64,000 bases of DNA from an uncultured virus (IMG/VR IMGVR_UViG_3300017991_000054). Its lineage: Duplodnaviria; Heunggongvirae; Uroviricota; Caudoviricetes. This document shows, piece after piece, positions 61,753 through 64,000 of this stretch. The notes under the pieces were generated by a model. The model searched no databases. It saw nothing but the letters and a program-made list of their open reading frames with translations, and had not been told where the DNA came from. Location: IMG/VR virus record IMGVR_UViG_3300017991_000054. One strand, written 5' to 3'. A program made the position numbers and the translations under genes. Position 1 is the stretch's first letter, and the number at the start of each line of letters is the position of its first letter.

Positions 61753-61826
61753 GGCTCGGGTATGTTGGCATACAGCTAGGGCTCATATCCTTGGTTACGT
61801 GGGTTCGATTCCCATACGAGCCACCA
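61753..61826 (+). tRNA. tRNA with CAT anticodon (Met or Ile2)
   Basis: TAGGG-CT CAT AT-CCTTG; T arm GTGGG-TTCGATT-CCCAT; ACCA end. Confidence 0.75.
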
Positions 61827-61831
61827 CAAAT

Positions 61832-61905
61832 GGGGCGATAGTTTAGTGGTAAAATCTGTGGCTTTCGACCACAAGTTCGGGGTTCGATTCCCCGTCGCCC
61901 TACCA
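61832..61905 (+). tRNA. tRNA-Glu(TTC)
   Basis: TGTGG-CT TTC GA-CCACA; ACCA end. Confidence 0.9.
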
Positions 61906-61932
61906 TTCTATCTTGAAAGGAGAATAGAGTAT

Positions 61933-62301
61933 ATGCGAATGTGGATGGTTGACCCAAAAATTATGTGTAGGAAACATCTTCTAGGCGAACACGTAGAACA
62001 TCATATGTTCATTGGAACACTCAAAAAAGGAATAAAAGTAGACGGTTATATAAGAAACAATTGTTTCCAACCAAGGTCATTATTTGAAAGACATGACGCG
62101 TTGGTTTGTGAAATGGAAAGACGTGGTTATAACCACCAAAGTCCAATTACTGAAGAGGAATGTGATGTATGTCATCTTCCAAATGAACAACAATATTGGA
62201 AAATAAATAAAGAGCAATCTCTCAGGGATCTCCTTGAGAGATGTCCTGAATGTAGATTGCGAAAGGAGCAATCGGATGACAGTGAAAGGCATATTCACTA
62301 A
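61933..62301 (+). CDS. pyrimidine-dimer DNA glycosylase (endonuclease V/DenV family)
   Basis: MRMW.V.P...C..HLLGEH.E...L..EM..RGYNH. Confidence 0.8.
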   Translation: MRMWMVDPKIMCRKHLLGEHVEHHMFIGTLKKGIKVDGYIRNNCFQPRSLFERHDALVCEMERRGYNHQSPITEEECDVCHLPNEQQYWKINKEQSLRDLLERCPECRLRKEQSDDSERHIH

Positions 62302-62693
62302 GAAAGCTGTAACTTGGCTATCTATAATCGGTGGAGGAATTGTAGCAATTACAGCAATTTTTCAACTTGATGAAAGATGGAATGAGGAATCGTGTATTTC
62401 TGCTTATGCGCAGGATGTTAAAGCTAATGGAGAAAAAATTGAGGAACTTACAGTCGCTGCTTCTAAAATTAGTAAGCGGCTGGACCAAAAGATTCTAGAA
62501 GATCAATCCAATAATCTACAGAATAGAATGTGGAAATTAGAGGATCGATATGGTCAACCAGCTCAAATGACTCCAGAGCAAAGAGAAATTTATAGAAACC
62601 TTCAACTCGATAAGAAAAAGGTCGATGATAGAATAAAGGCGTTAAAGAACTCGTCTTAGAAAATTTCTTAGGTTAAGGTAACATATATCAAAA

Positions 62694-62782
62694 GGGTGTG
62701 TAGACCGTTAAGGAAGGCGGCCCGGTCTGTAAAACCGGTGGCTTAAAGTCCCGAGTGGGTTCGATTCCCTCCACACCCACCA
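62694..62782 (+). tRNA. tRNA-Tyr(GTA)
   Basis: CCGGT-CT GTA AA-ACCGG; variable arm; ACCA end. Confidence 0.9.
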
Positions 62783-63337
62783 CTCTCGCTAAGGAGATAA
62801 AATGGACAAAGATAATGTTACAATGGCTCTAGATCGAATGTTTGATGAATGCGGAACTGATGAATCGAAGTGGTTAAAGAAATTAGAGAAAGGCACTGTA
62901 AATTTAGATTATTCATTTACAGTCCAAAGTGGTGAAAGTTATAAAGTGAAAGCGAAATGGCAATGTGTCGATGTGCAAGTAGAACTTGTAAGCGTTGATG
63001 GCGAGAATGTTGTCATTCATTGAAGGAGAAAAAATGGGATTAATAGATTCGTTCCAAAAGACAAGCCTTTATAAATGGATTAACAGTCAACTGCATAATC
63101 ATTCAGATGGTATATCAAAGTTTATTGCAATTTTTGTTGTGTGGTTGGTAGCTTTAATTCCATTATATATTGCGTCGTTTTTATACTGGTTTATTTCTCC
63201 TATTCTCATGTGGGAAATTTTAGTTACTATTGGATTACTTCTATTCTTCTTTGGAAGTGTGCAATTCGGAATAGGCGTCTTAGCCTTTTTTCTTACAATA
63301 AAGATTCTTGTAGATGACTTTTAAATTGAAAGGGTAA

Positions 63338-63937
63338 ATGATGGTTCTTCAGGAATTATTTGAACGACGAGATGTAGTTTTACGAAATGGTCATTTTAGA
63401 CTCACGACTGGAAGACACTCAGATACTTACGTAAACAAAGATAGAATTTTTTGCGATCCAATTCTATTCAAGACTGTATTATCAAGTATGTTATCTGAAC
63501 TATGTGGAGACTTTTTATTCGACGTAGTTACTGGACCTGCTATTGCTGGAGCTGTGTTGGCCTCACCTCTAGCAGTTATGACAGGGAAAACCTTTGTTTA
63601 TCCTGAAAAAGTCATGAAAGATCCCCTTGCAGGAAATCCCTATGAGTGGGAAGAAATGAAGTTTAGACGAGGATATGACAGAGTTGTTAAAAATAACAAT
63701 ATTCTTATAGTAGAGGATGTAATAACAACAGGAATATCAGTACAAAGAACCATCGATGCTATTGAAAAGAATGGCGGTATGATTTCAGGTGTTGCTTGCA
63801 TTTGGAATCGTAGTGGATGGTCAACTGACTTATGTGAAGTTAAATCTCTGATCCATGAAGAATTGGATTCATGGTGGCCAGAAGAATGTCCTTATTGTAA
63901 AGAGGGCGTAGAACTAATGGATCCAAAAGATGCTTAA
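63338..63937 (+). CDS. pyrE: orotate phosphoribosyltransferase
   Basis: GHF.LT.G.HS..Y, PRPP motif IVEDVITTG.S, C-terminal CP.C. Confidence 0.88.
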   Translation: MMVLQELFERRDVVLRNGHFRLTTGRHSDTYVNKDRIFCDPILFKTVLSSMLSELCGDFLFDVVTGPAIAGAVLASPLAVMTGKTFVYPEKVMKDPLAGNPYEWEEMKFRRGYDRVVKNNNILIVEDVITTGISVQRTIDAIEKNGGMISGVACIWNRSGWSTDLCEVKSLIHEELDSWWPEECPYCKEGVELMDPKDA

Positions 63938-64000
63938 AAAAGTAATTTCAGGTGGACAAACGGGGGCAGACCAAGCTGGTTTACGCGCGGCTAGGAAAGT
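63930..64000 (+). CDS. partial SLOG-family (MoCo carrier/YpsA-like) protein, runs off the window
   Basis: MLKKVISGGQTGADQAGLRAA. Confidence 0.65.
   Translation, partial: MLKKVISGGQTGADQAGLRAARK

Overview
This window looks like part of a large (jumbo, T4-like/myovirus-type) phage genome in genetic code 11; an outer-membrane beta-barrel gene points to a Gram-negative host. 1-22.5 kb (- strand) is a replication/recombination block: Cas4-like nuclease, KhpA, RecA/UvsX, class II RNR, RuvC, FEN/RNase H, clamp and loader, primase, RecD/Dda-like helicase, SLT, plus some virion genes. Genes switch strand at about 22.5 kb beside an AT-rich winged-helix gene. 30-41 kb is a glycan cluster (GT9, GT2, GT4, methyltransferase, sulfotransferase, SqdB, epimerase) wrapped around a PAAR spike gene. 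41-50 kb holds HD-GYP, a LigD-like polymerase domain and nucleotide-pool genes. 50.7-63 kb holds 17 tRNAs, a tmRNA, a tRNA-like RNA and accessory genes. The most unusual signals are (i) two unrelated genes each enclosed by a long 5'/3' flank helix whose G-U wobbles work only on the mRNA strand, (ii) a GGQ release-factor-like gene with an in-frame UGA, (iii) a tRNA body with a 37-nt anticodon arm, (iv) a compact unassigned structured RNA and (v) the SqdB/sulfotransferase cluster. All calls come from reading motifs by eye; no searches or folding programs were run.
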